From contig CAWHBU010000003.1 in assembly GCA_963827685.1 (NCBI GenBank), positions 1,056,001 to 1,120,000 on the forward strand: a stretch of 64,000 nt of DNA, read 5' to 3'. The first letter of the stretch is position 1; the number at the start of each line of letters is the position of its first letter. Source of the stretch: an uncultured delta proteobacterium (GTDB lineage: Bacteria; Desulfobacterota; BSN033; UBA1163). Positions 9,873-19,970 of the stretch are shown one piece after another. A model generated the notes under the pieces. That model had not been told where the DNA came from, made no database searches, and saw only the letters and a program-made list of their open reading frames with translations. A program made the translations under genes and the position numbers.

Positions 9873-12800
9873 TTAAGGCCGAACCTCCACTGCCTTGTTT
9901 GGAATCTCTCCAAACATCTCCGGAAAGTAGAGGGCTTCCACTCTCGTTGTGGGCAACTGGAAAAATCCGGCCTGGTTTAAGCGAACGGTGTATTCGACCG
10001 TCCACTTCCCTTTCGGCACATACTCATAGTAGGCCCGGAATGCCTCAAAAGACCGTTCCTCATAAGCCGGCCAGACCCACCCTTTCCGTTCTTCCTCTTT
10101 TGTTAAGAGCCTGGAGTCTCTCCCAAGTCCGGTTCCGAGGATCGTGCTTCCCGCAGGAATAGGATCGTTCACAACCACCCAGGTCCTGTCGGCCTGGGCC
10201 TCCAATTCTAATCGTATTCGCACGACGTCTCCCTGGCTCCACTGATTTTTTTGTTTCTGTTCAACGGGAATCACCGTTCTCTTGATCTTGTACCCGCTTG
10301 AGAAAGGCTCCTTCAAAGGAATAGCCGCCAGGCTCTGGATGGTCAGCCATGGCTTTCCTGTTCCTTGATGAGAGAAAAAGAGGTCGTCTCTTTTGGCAGG
10401 CCACGGGAGCTGGGAAACTTTTCCCTTGGGAGAGGTATTCCAATCAACGGCTTGTGTTTGCTTAGATAGGGTCGCACGGGTAGTCCCAGTGACTGGAACA
10501 GATTCAAATTTATTGGAAAACTTTTCCATGGCCAGAACGCCCCAGGCATTGGCAAGCGTTAAGTCCCACGCCCCTCTGATCTGACGGCCTAACGCCCCCT
10601 GGACCATCCTCGGTATGTCTTCTCTCCACTTTTCAGAAGGCAGAAGTGATAAGATGACCCGGACGGCATTGACATCGTTTGAAATCATGAGCCACCACAG
10701 GAAGTCCGTCTTTTCGGTTGAAAAACCCATCACCGTACCCTGAAAATTGAGACGGGCCCGGATAATCTGCTCTGCCTCTTTTCTTCGCTCTTCCCGATTC
10801 GGAATGGTCTGAACATTTTGAAGGATATTGAACCAGTCAATCACGGCTGAGGTCGGCCAGAGATTGGGCTCAATAGAGATGGAGTTGAGCAACTTTGCCT
10901 CTGCCTTTCCACTCCTTGATAATGCTTCGATGGCCGATAGTTTCTTTATGGAAAGATCTGCTGTGGCTAAGGGTGAATATCTCCAGATCTTTCCTTCTAT
11001 AAAATTCCTGAGACCGGTTTCCATCTTTGCTCTGGTCTCATCAGGAATGCTCCATCCTGCTTCATGGCCGATGGCAATGATGTAAGAAGTGAGCACCGGA
11101 CATCCATAAATACAGGGCGGAAAATATTTGACCAACCCGTCTCCGTCCAGGTAAGCGGGAAGATCGGACATCCTCCGTTTCCAGAGATTCTCATCCCGCA
11201 ATGCAACGGCCACGGAGATCATCTGTTCCATGCAGGTATAGGGATATCTTTTCATATATTCGATCACGCCGCTCAGCCCGTCGGCGATCTTTGGTCGGAA
11301 ATTGACCCTTACGCCGCCCCTGCCCGGGACTGCATCCTTCGGCCGCTCCACAGAGAGATGGTATTCCCTTTCCAGCTGAGTCAGAGTGGCCTGGAAAATG
11401 CTCACAGGAACGACCGGCACTACTTTTTGTGTGACTTTGATTCGGTCTGCCTCATTTGTCCCCTTCTCCTTGATTTCGACCTCCCATTTCAATGTCTCAA
11501 CACCGATGGATGCGGTCACATCCCATCCGATCTCCTTTGCTTCTCCCGGTGTTAATGAAACGGTTTGTGGAACGAGGGGAGCTGAAATCCCTTCTGCCTT
11601 TGCAGAAACATCCACCTCCATCTTGCGGTTGGTCGTATTTCGAAGCGTAAACCCGGCCTTAAACCGGTCACCTTCTCTCACAAGAGGAGGCAGCCCGGAT
11701 AAGACCATCAGGTCCTGCGTTGATTGGATCGATGTCGCACCGGTTCCAAAGAGGCCGACCCCACCGATGGCCACAGCCACGATTCGGAAACTGGTGATCG
11801 AATCATTCAGAGGAACTTCAACAGTTGCCTCTCCATTCGCATCCAAAGGAACACGGGCCTTCCACAAGAGGAGGGTATCGAACAATTCCCGTGTATTTTG
11901 CTTCCCTCCGCCTCCGCCCTGGGGCAGCGCCTTCAGACCGAAGTGACGTTTTCCAATCACCTGCATCTGGGCCGTTGAAGTACGAACACCATAACCCCTC
12001 CGTCCCATCATGGCGGAAAGGATTTCCCAACTCTTATTGGGCATCAATTCAAGAAGACCTTGATCCACAGCTGCTATCGTCACCTCACTCCCCGCGGGAG
12101 GGGCCTTTCCTTCTGTGGTCGTCACTTTGATCTTGACCTTGGCTTTCTGCCGAACCTTATAGACCTTTTGATCCGAAGAAACATTCACCTTCAACTCATG
12201 TTCTTTCCATCCTACATTGATCTCGGCGATCCCGAGTTTATACGCAGGCTTTCCAAGATCAACCATCGCTGTTGGCTTCACGCCCGCCACACGGCCTCTG
12301 ACGGCGAGAACAGAAACATAGACGTTCGGAGCGAAAGCACCTTTGACAGGCACCTGGATGACAGGGCTTTTCCCGGAGATCTTTTTGACCCATGCCGTGA
12401 TGATCCCTTCTCTCTCCACAGTGATCAATGCGGTCGCCTCTCTGAATGGCATCCTGACCTGAAAAACAGCCTTTTGGCCGGGCTCATAGCGTTTCCTTTC
12501 GGGAATAAGGTCGATCCGGTCATGATCGCCCACTTCAAACCACCACTCCCCTTTTCCCGCCACCCAGACATCCCTGTGAGCAACCGTTCGATTGCCTGCC
12601 GCATCAAAACTTTCGGCTTGAAGAATGACATTTCCAGAAACGGGCGACTTGGCATCGCAGATCAGAAGGCCTCTGGAATCTGTCTTTCCTTCGCAGAGGG
12701 GAGCAATCTTCTTTATCTCCGTCGAATGCTCGTAAGAATACACACCTCCGACCAGACGCTTTCGATGGGTCAGGGTTTGCCTCTGAAAAAGCTCTACCTT

Positions 12801-15574
12801 GACTGGAGCACCTGAGACAGGTTTTCCAGCGAGGTCAACCACAGCAACATGAAACTTGAAGGCATCCTTCGACACCGCCCACGAGTCCGGCTTGATTCCG
12901 GCGAGATATTTGGAATTCCATAAAGGAATTCTCGAAGAGACGGTCTGGACCTCACCATTGGGATCCCTGAACTCCATTTCAGCCAGTATCTCTTTTGGCG
13001 TTTCGGCCTCGGGCAGATTGGAGAGAGTGGTCCGGCCGGACCCGAATCGGTCCAGAACCAGATCTATAGTCGGAGGCTTCACCTTCTTCTTATCCTCTTT
13101 CTTTACCGCAGTTCCACCTTCCTCTCCTTCGCCTTCCTCTTCGGATTCCAATACCTCCCCTCTCCGGACGACCTCTTCTTTCACAGGGCCGTTGCCAAAG
13201 ATGAAATCTTCAAATCCTTCAGGAGAAGGAATATACCTTAGCTCGATTTCGTATCGAAGCTTGACAGGGAGTAGACTCGCCGCGCCTCCGGCAAGATATT
13301 GAACATTCAAATCAAGAGTGACCTCTTTTGCCTTCACTAATGGAGTGGTGGGGGGCTGGATGGTTCCCTTGGTGAGGGGAATTCGAAACTCCTCCACCCT
13401 GAAGCTTCCCGAATTCCACTTACGGGATGTTTCATAGTCTTGATCCTCAAAATGTTCCTCTCCTTCCCGATCCACATAAATAGACCGCTTCAGCTTTTTG
13501 CTGTGCCGTTTTTCGACGAAGAGGACATCATAGTTTCCAAGCTTTGCATCCTTCGGAATGGACCAAATGGTTTCCGCAACTCCATTTGCATCCCACTTCA
13601 AAGGAAACTCATATTTCTGTTCGCTTCCATAATGCTGGATCGATACAAGAGTGGGCCTCTGATCCTGAGGCACCGGAGCAAACCCCTTGGTCGTATGCTC
13701 GCGAAGGATATGCTTCATATGAACGGTCTCCCCCGCTCTGAGCAATGATCGATCGAATATGGTATGGCCGATGACAGGATCCAGATACGACTCCCTGACC
13801 AGTTGAAATCTCCAGGGTTCGATGCCTTCATCCCAGCTGGAGTGGACAAAGGACATGTCATCCTCGGTGCGGGCTGTTATGAAAAGACCTTGCGAAAGGG
13901 AATGAAGGGCACCCATCTGTGGATAATCTCTATAATCCAACTTGTAAGGGCAGCGGGTAAGAGCATCTATAGGGAGCGATTGTTGGATTGTCGCAATCCC
14001 GCTGACATCGGTCGTTCCTGTCCAGAGGACTTTCTCCTGGCAGTCCTTTATGGTTACCGTTGCATTCCTCACCGGCTCTCCTGTGTCGAGTGTGGTCACC
14101 CATACAAGAGAAGATTCCCTGCCCCACTTGAAATGAACAGAGAGATTGGTCACCAGGACGGCAGTCGGCACGTACATGGGACCCGGATTCTTAAGCAAGG
14201 CGTTTCCTAATATCTCGCTTTCCAGCTCTACGATATAAAGGCCGGGGTCTTTTAACGGAATCCCGACGACCTCAAAAGCCCGTGCACCTGAGGGTTTTGG
14301 AACTTTAAAATCTCTTGCCTTCTTCTCATCACTCAGAATGGATTTTTCCCTTGTTGCTGAAGCCACCTTCCTCAGCCAGGGCTGGACTTCATCGATCTTC
14401 TCAGGAGGGACATTGAGCACTCTCCCCATAACCTTTCCAAGAAGGCCCTCCCCCTTATCCACCTTCATCATTCTCGCTTTGAGTTCAGCTTCCACATTTC
14501 TTAAAGTGACAGGAAGTATTGGCTCGGCCTTCAATTCCAGGATTCCAAACCTGGCGGAAAACTTGGCCAGAGGAGGATATCTATCGGTTCGGACCGTGAG
14601 GGGAAATTTGTCCGCATTGACAAGGGGTCTTCCAGAGATATCTTTAAGTCCGGGTGGAAGCTCGACCACGAAACTCGCATTCTCCGGAAAGGGGCTTTGA
14701 AAAGAGAGCGAGCTCGTCTCTTCTTTGACATTGGGCTTCCATATTTTTCCATCAGGCCCCTTCAATACAATCTTATTTGCCTGATCTTCAGAAATGGCGG
14801 CAGTGAAACGGAGGGACATTGGCTGTATAGGAATGCAGGCCGCCTTCGGATTCTCCCTTTGGCAATGAAACTCGACAGAAAAGAGAGGCCTTACCTGGAA
14901 GCGACGGATCTGATCCTGATCTGTGGCCACCCCGGTCTTTGTCATCACCCCCTTCCCCCAGATCAAGCTGATCTTCGCATCCGAGGGGAACCGTTGCTTG
15001 CTCTGGATCAGGATCCTGGGGAACGGCGGTGGTTTCCTGTACCGGAACCTTGCTTTCAATATCTCTTTCCTCTTATCTCCCTCGATAATTTTGATTCCGA
15101 TCCGGTCCTGAATGCCCTCCACGGAGAAGAAAACATTTTGAATCACAGATTCGTTAATCGGTTCCGCATCCAGAGTGAGAATAAATATCTGCTCCTCATC
15201 GAGCCATTGGCTTCCTTCATAAGGATCAGAAGCCCGAATCGAAGGACCGCCCGTGGAAAAGGAGAAGACCTTTTGCCCTGCCATCTCTTTCCCTGAAAGG
15301 GCCTTCAAACCAAGCTTCACCTTAAACTCGCAGCGAATTCCTGCAGGAAGGTCTTTGTCAAAATCGAAGACCCAATTTTTCCCGTCAGCCCACCGGCTGG
15401 TTCCTTTTTCAGAGCAAACGATATCAAAGGGCTCGACGAGGCCTCTCGGATCACCAAAGGGCACCATCTGCTCAGAAAACCGCACGCTCACCTGACGAAC
15501 GGTTTTAACGGTCCCCTGGGGAGAAAAGAACTCAACAGAAGGTCCGTCCTCTGCATAAACCAAAAGTGTACACG
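9873..15574 (-). pseudogene. Bacterial alpha-2-macroglobulin, 5'-truncated by the adjacent mobile element
   Basis: 1896-aa ORF with MG domains and thioester motif YPYTCMEQ. Only ...CTLLVYA|EDG of the signal peptide remains before the element end; no ATG or SD is left. Confidence 0.85.
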
Positions 15575-15578
15575 CTAC

Positions 15579-16616
15579 CTATTCATGAGCTAAAAAAAGG
15601 GGTAAAATTGGGTGACACTTTTTATTGATGTGAACCCTGATATGTCCACTGGATTGGAGCCAGGATTCCACCGCGATCCTCCAGGCTGATTCTCTGACAG
15701 CCAGTCCAGATTGATTCATTGCCAACAAAATCCTTTCCACCCTTTCCATTACCCAATCATAGATTCCCCTCCTTTGCCGTTTCGTAAAAGCCGGTCTGTT
15801 GCCAGATTCAAAGAATGCCTGACAGGATGTCTTCCCATTCAGGCAAGGCCGGATCCGATGGTTCAGATCATTGACCGCAGCTTCCGCATACGCAGCGATA
15901 TGATCCCGGTAGCCATGCAAACCCAACATAATTTTCTTCCGTAGAGTTGTCTTCACCTCTCGTTGTGACTCTTCGATTGCTCCATTGTAGGGTGCATAAT
16001 ACTCCGGATTGTTCAAAGGTAGAACAAATGATTCGGCTAATACATCGTTGATGGCGGTGTGGTTCATATTCCCTTCATTATCCCGCTTCAACACCAGAGG
16101 CGTGCCATACCGATCAAACTTCTCGCTCAGATATCCAGCCACCTCTTCTCCAACCGGATACTCTCCGGCCATCGGCAAAAACTTGTACCGCGAGCCCAGA
16201 TCCTGCGTATTGTGCAAATAGATTTTACCGGCTATCCCCAGGTCATATGCCGTGAAGTCCATAGCCCACACTACCCCTGGCGTCAGCCATTCGATCCAGC
16301 GAAGATGGGCACGGCGATCCGACTCCAGGTCGTGCCGTACCCGCTCCACCATTCGCCCCAGCTCCCGCCGTGACACACTAAACCGGTACCGTTGATATAA
16401 GCCGGTTGTTCCTACACTCCGCTTCACCCCATGATCTAACGATTGAACCTCCGTGTCAAGAACCGAAGGATCAAACGGTTGTACCTTCTTCGGACCCGGA
16501 CGATTGATTAAAACAACGTTTTCCTTGATCCTGAAGCGCCACCGGTTAAAACTCGCTAAAGGGAGCTGAAGCGTCTTGCAAATCATCCCATAAGGCATCC
16601 CTGTCCGTTCCTTCAT
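15579..16616 (-). CDS. DDE integrase-core transposase, IS3-like OrfB
   Basis: WAMDFT...DLGSRY...KRDNEG...NGAIEE; the frame is open upstream to the A9 run at 16667-16675; the stop lies inside the IR. Confidence 0.85.
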   Translation of the reverse strand: MKERTGMPYGMICKTLQLPLASFNRWRFRIKENVVLINRPGPKKVQPFDPSVLDTEVQSLDHGVKRSVGTTGLYQRYRFSVSRRELGRMVERVRHDLESDRRAHLRWIEWLTPGVVWAMDFTAYDLGIAGKIYLHNTQDLGSRYKFLPMAGEYPVGEEVAGYLSEKFDRYGTPLVLKRDNEGNMNHTAINDVLAESFVLPLNNPEYYAPYNGAIEESQREVKTTLRKKIMLGLHGYRDHIAAYAEAAVNDLNHRIRPCLNGKTSCQAFFESGNRPAFTKRQRRGIYDWVMERVERILLAMNQSGLAVRESAWRIAVESWLQSSGHIRVHINKKCHPILPLFLAHE

Positions 16617-16660
16617 ACTCTCAATCGTCTCTACAACCTTTCTGATCGCTTCTTGCCGAT

Positions 16661-17029
16661 CTATTGTTTTTTTTTAGCGCCGCCGCGGTCCCGAAACTCC
16701 TCATACACCCCCAGGAACTCTTTCACCTTGGTGGTCTGCTTCGCGACATCCAGCTTCTTCTCCAATTCCTGGATCCGCTCCAGAAGCGTCTCCTTCTCTT
16801 CGTCCACAGGCACAGGCGGTCTTCCCGCAGGATAATTCTCCAACGCCAGGGCCATGGCTTTGAGCGACTTCTCCTCCCACTCGTAATACGTCTTGCGCGA
16901 CACCCCCAGCCGCTGCGCTCCCTCCTTTGCAGTTAAGGCTCCACTGCGCACCTGGAGAATCACCAGCGCCCGCTCCCGTGCAAGTTTCTGTTCCTTCTCC
17001 CTCTCGTGCCGCCGTTTCCTTTCCTCCAT
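16661..17029 (-). CDS. HTH plus coiled-coil protein, IS3-like OrfA
   Basis: TAKEGAQRLGVSRKTYYEWE HTH, GRPP, leucine-zipper-like tail; GGAG SD; ends in AAA AAA AAA CAA TAG. Confidence 0.85.
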   Translation of the reverse strand: MEERKRRHEREKEQKLARERALVILQVRSGALTAKEGAQRLGVSRKTYYEWEEKSLKAMALALENYPAGRPPVPVDEEKETLLERIQELEKKLDVAKQTTKVKEFLGVYEEFRDRGGAKKKQ

Positions 17030-18647
17030 CCAAAATCTCCCTGTAGATTGTCAGACCTTCTTCTCTGCCCCAACCTCCTTCAACTCTCCTGGCTTGGCCA
17101 CCGGACTTCCCTGCAGTCTCGCCAAACGCCGCTCCAATCCTTTCATCGCTCCTCCCTTGCTCTTCCGCTCCAACAATACCGCAAGACGCGAGTTCAATGC
17201 CACTCTCTTCTCCATCACCGCAACCCGTGACTGCAATGCCAAGAGCATCCCCTCCATCGCCCGCTCCTGCCACTGGTTCAATAAACTCCACGCGACTCCC
17301 AACTCCTGGCAAACCTCTCCGGGTTTGCGTCTCTCCGTCCATACCGACAACACCGCCCGGCACTTCTCCTCCGCCGTGTGCCCCGAAACCTTCCTCCCTC
17401 TCTTGTCCTCTATCCCTGACCTCTCTACCTTCGGCTTCTCTACCTTGTCCATCGCTCTCCTCCCTCTTAATAGAACGATCTTTCTCTTCTCCTTTGGCGC
17501 CAACTTCATAGATCATCTCCTGCTTTCCACCGCCCTCTTCATCATCCACCATCAAACGCAGCTTTCCCTTCTCCGCCCGTAAGACCACCGACTGCCCCTC
17601 CATCCGCCCTACCATGTAAAACGGCTCCCGCGGCTTCCCCCGCAAGGCCATCTCCAGCACATTCTCTGCGATCCCTTGCTCCATCGTCTTTCGCAGCTCT
17701 GCCTGGATCTCAAAGTACCGATCCGCAGGACACAGCCCTCCAATCCCCTGGTGAGGCCGCTTGTAATTGTAATACTGCACCCACTGCCGAATCCTCTCTC
17801 TCGCCTCCTCAAAACTCCCAAACTGCGCCCGTACCAAGAACTCCTCATAGATCGTCTTCCAAAACCGCTCCACCTTCCCCAGCGTCATCGGATGATGGGC
17901 CTGGGACTTAATGTGTCTGACTCGGTCCTTCCGTAACTCCCGCTCAAACCGAGTCGATCCCCGCCAGTTCGTATATTGCCGTCCCCGATCTGTCAACACC
18001 TCCTTCGGTACCCCATACTCCCCAACTGCCCGACAATACACCTCCAGTACCTGATCCGCCGTCTGGCTCCGGTATAACTCCAAACCCGCCATGTACCGCG
18101 AGTAATCGTCGATAAACCCGATCAAATAGGCATACCGACCCCCCAGGCGAAAGGTGAAGATGTCCGACTGCCACAATTGATTCGGTGTCGACCGCTCAAA
18201 AAACCGAGGACGGGTGATGTTGCGATGGTGTTTCTTTCTGGAAGGAACAATCAACGATTCTGCCCGCAGCGTCCGACGGACTGTCTCCGGGCTCGCGCTG
18301 AGGAAGAACGCACGCTTTAAAAGATGGGAAATCCGCTTGACACCAAAGAGAGGCTCACGCTTCTTGATCTCGACGATCTTCTCGCGTACTGGTCCGGGAA
18401 GCTTCCGTCGTCTCCCCGAGGATATAATACGATTCCGTAACCCCGCTTCTCCCCGTTCCTGATATGCCTTCACCCAACGACAAATGACATCTTTACTGGC
18501 TCCTGCCTCCTCGGACAACAAAGAAACTGGTAACCCTTCTTCTAATCGTAACTTCACACACCGAAGCTTGAACTCAACCCCATACCGCTTCCCATACCGA
18601 CTTCCTTTCCTCTTGCCCTTCTTCTTAACTCCTGCTACATTCTCCAT
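16701..18647 (-). CDS. IS481-like DDE transposase with a long low-complexity C-terminal tail
   Basis: N-terminal HTH; WQSDIF...IDDYSR...TDRGRQY...GKVERF...YNYKRPHQGI; AGGAG SD. Confidence 0.9.
   Translation of the reverse strand: MENVAGVKKKGKRKGSRYGKRYGVEFKLRCVKLRLEEGLPVSLLSEEAGASKDVICRWVKAYQERGEAGLRNRIISSGRRRKLPGPVREKIVEIKKREPLFGVKRISHLLKRAFFLSASPETVRRTLRAESLIVPSRKKHHRNITRPRFFERSTPNQLWQSDIFTFRLGGRYAYLIGFIDDYSRYMAGLELYRSQTADQVLEVYCRAVGEYGVPKEVLTDRGRQYTNWRGSTRFERELRKDRVRHIKSQAHHPMTLGKVERFWKTIYEEFLVRAQFGSFEEARERIRQWVQYYNYKRPHQGIGGLCPADRYFEIQAELRKTMEQGIAENVLEMALRGKPREPFYMVGRMEGQSVVLRAEKGKLRLMVDDEEGGGKQEMIYEVGAKGEEKDRSIKREESDGQGREAEGREVRDRGQEREEGFGAHGGGEVPGGVVGMDGETQTRRGLPGVGSRVEFIEPVAGAGDGGDALGIAVTGCGDGEESGIELASCGIVGAEEQGRSDERIGAAFGETAGKSGGQARRVEGGWGREEGLTIYREILDGGKETAAREGEGTETCTGAGAGDSPGAQWSLNCKGGSAAAGGVAQDVLRVGGEVAQSHGPGVGELSCGKTACACGRREGDASGADPGIGEEAGCREADHQGERVPGGV
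17051..17452 (-). CDS. Transposase-type HTH protein overprinted on the IS481-like gene
   Basis: HTAEEKCRAVLSVW...EVCQELGVAWSLLNQW resembles HTH_Tnp_1; GGAGAG SD before ATG 17452. Confidence 0.78.
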   Translation of the reverse strand: MDKVEKPKVERSGIEDKRGRKVSGHTAEEKCRAVLSVWTERRKPGEVCQELGVAWSLLNQWQERAMEGMLLALQSRVAVMEKRVALNSRLAVLLERKSKGGAMKGLERRLARLQGSPVAKPGELKEVGAEKKV

Positions 18648-18718
18648 GGGTACACTCCTTTCTCCTTCTCAGGAGTGTCACCCATTTCTCCCTTCTTCTT
18701 TAGCTTACGATCTGGTAG

Positions 18719-18807
18719 TTAGCTCACCACACACTGGTTTACACACAGAAGATCGAGCGTTTCAAGTATTGGCTCGCTTTCAACCGATTATTGCCGGAGG
18801 AAATTGA
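18719..18807 (+). pseudogene. 3' remnant of a cassette gene cut by the element
   Basis: Open frame ...SSPHTGLHTEDRAFQVLARFQPIIAGGN* ends 7 bp before an attC site. Confidence 0.45.
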
Positions 18808-18814
18808 ATGGTCT

Positions 18815-18882
18815 ACCGAACAACCGGCTGAATCTTCCAAATGAAAAGCGTCGCCATTTACTTCCAGTTTAGCCGCAACGTT
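18815..18882 (+). other. Integron attC site 1, interrupted after GTT
   Basis: R'' ACCGAAC, 5 bp, L'' GCTGAAT ... L' GTTTAGC, 6 bp, GTT; GTTAGGC resumes at 19041. Confidence 0.8.
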
Positions 18883-19040
18883 GAGGCTGTAGAAAAAGTC
18901 AATCTCGATCGAATCCGATGAGTTGGAAAAAGTGTGACCTCTCAGGATGCTCTGTATGAGACGATCTCATGCTTGGGAGGGGTCAAGTGACCCCCGAAAA
19001 CACCGTTCTCACTCATCAAAAGGACTTTTTCTACAGGTTC
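18883..19040. mobile_element. 158-bp MITE with IS1182-like ends, inserted in attC1
   Basis: TIRs GAGGCTGTAGAAAAAGTC / GACTTTTTCTACAGGTTC (16/18); GTT on both flanks. Confidence 0.85.
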
Positions 19041-19070
19041 GTTAGGCGTCGTGATTGAAATATATCAGAT

Positions 19071-19829
19071 ATGAGCCCCAAACCCCATAAAACGTCGATG
19101 GAAAAACTACCCAAAACACTTATTGAAGAAATAAATCGTATTCTCCGATCTCTCTCACCTAGGGAGGAAAAAGTCCTGAGATTGCGGTTCGGCCTTGGGG
19201 GAATGATGTCTGATGAGATCGCTTCAGGTGCATACGGACGATTATTAACCGCTATATTTGGTGAAAAGGCTATAAAATCAATGATACAGTCCTACCGCCC
19301 TTCAGTCGCACTTACTGAAGTTGTTGAGAGAGTGACACAATTAACACCTGAATTAATAGAACATCTAAAAAAGCATCACCAGGCTATCGATAAAATCCCT
19401 TGGAATATCTTTGAGCACTTAATTGCTGAGTTTTTTGCAGCTCAAGGATATGATGACGTTCGACTCGTTGGTCGTGATCAGGCTACTTCTGCCGATATTT
19501 ATGCTTCACACACTTGGGCCCCTTTGGGAACAAATCTAAGAGTTTTCGTTGAAGTGAAACGAATAAAAGGATTAGTTGGGGTTGAGGTGATAAATGAGGT
19601 TCTTGGCGCTATGTTTTCAGAGAGACCCACATTTGGCTGGCACGCTGCAATAATTGTTTCAACTGGAGGATTCAGACGTTTACGAAAATTCTCCAAACAT
19701 GAGCTCTCATATCGGGGGTTGGAATTAAAAGATCGTAATGACTTGCTTCGTTGGTTGGATAACTATCGTCCGAATAAAAATGGGTTGTGGCTCCCTTACC
19801 CCTTGACAAAAGCGCCCCGGCTCAACTGA
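19071..19829 (+). CDS. Mrr-like PD-(D/E)xK restriction endonuclease with an N-terminal sigma70 region-4.1-like segment (gene cassette)
   Basis: FEHLIAEFFAAQGY...ADIYA...VEVKR...IIVSTGGF (Mrr_cat pattern); N-terminal LSPREEKVLRLRFGL; bounded by GTTAGGC and attC2. Confidence 0.82.
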   Translation: MSPKPHKTSMEKLPKTLIEEINRILRSLSPREEKVLRLRFGLGGMMSDEIASGAYGRLLTAIFGEKAIKSMIQSYRPSVALTEVVERVTQLTPELIEHLKKHHQAIDKIPWNIFEHLIAEFFAAQGYDDVRLVGRDQATSADIYASHTWAPLGTNLRVFVEVKRIKGLVGVEVINEVLGAMFSERPTFGWHAAIIVSTGGFRRLRKFSKHELSYRGLELKDRNDLLRWLDNYRPNKNGLWLPYPLTKAPRLN

Positions 19830-19898
19830 ATAGTTTCTACGGGTAAGACCGGGATGGGTAACGGGGAAGCTGCACTTTAAATTGGGTATTGACCCTTC

Positions 19899-19970
19899 GC
19901 CTAACCATCGCATGAACTCAGACTGGGAAAAAGCCTCCCGGCTCTTTCCCAGCTGGTTATCCCTGACGTT
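19899..19970 (+). other. Integron attC site 2, interrupted after GTT
   Basis: R'' GCCTAAC, 5 bp, L'' CATGAAC; inner stem CTGGGAAAAAGCC/GGCTCTTTCCCAG; L' GGTTATC, 6 bp, GTT. Confidence 0.85.

Larger units (their letters stand above)
15575..18718 (-). mobile_element. 3.1-kb IS-like element with two DDE transposases and two HTH genes
   Basis: Imperfect 45-bp IRs at 15575-15619 and 18674-18718 (33/45 identical by hand count, shared GGGTGACACT core); four co-oriented ORFs; no target duplication seen. Confidence 0.88.

Noticed and set aside
17042-17057. TGTAGATTGTCA as an internal IS481-type end
   Set aside because: No matching partner was found near the transposase start, and the 648-aa ORF reads through it
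16893-17582. Plus-strand ORFs of 229 and 104 aa inside the element
   Set aside because: Antisense shadows of a purine-skewed coding strand, S/P/L-rich with no motifs
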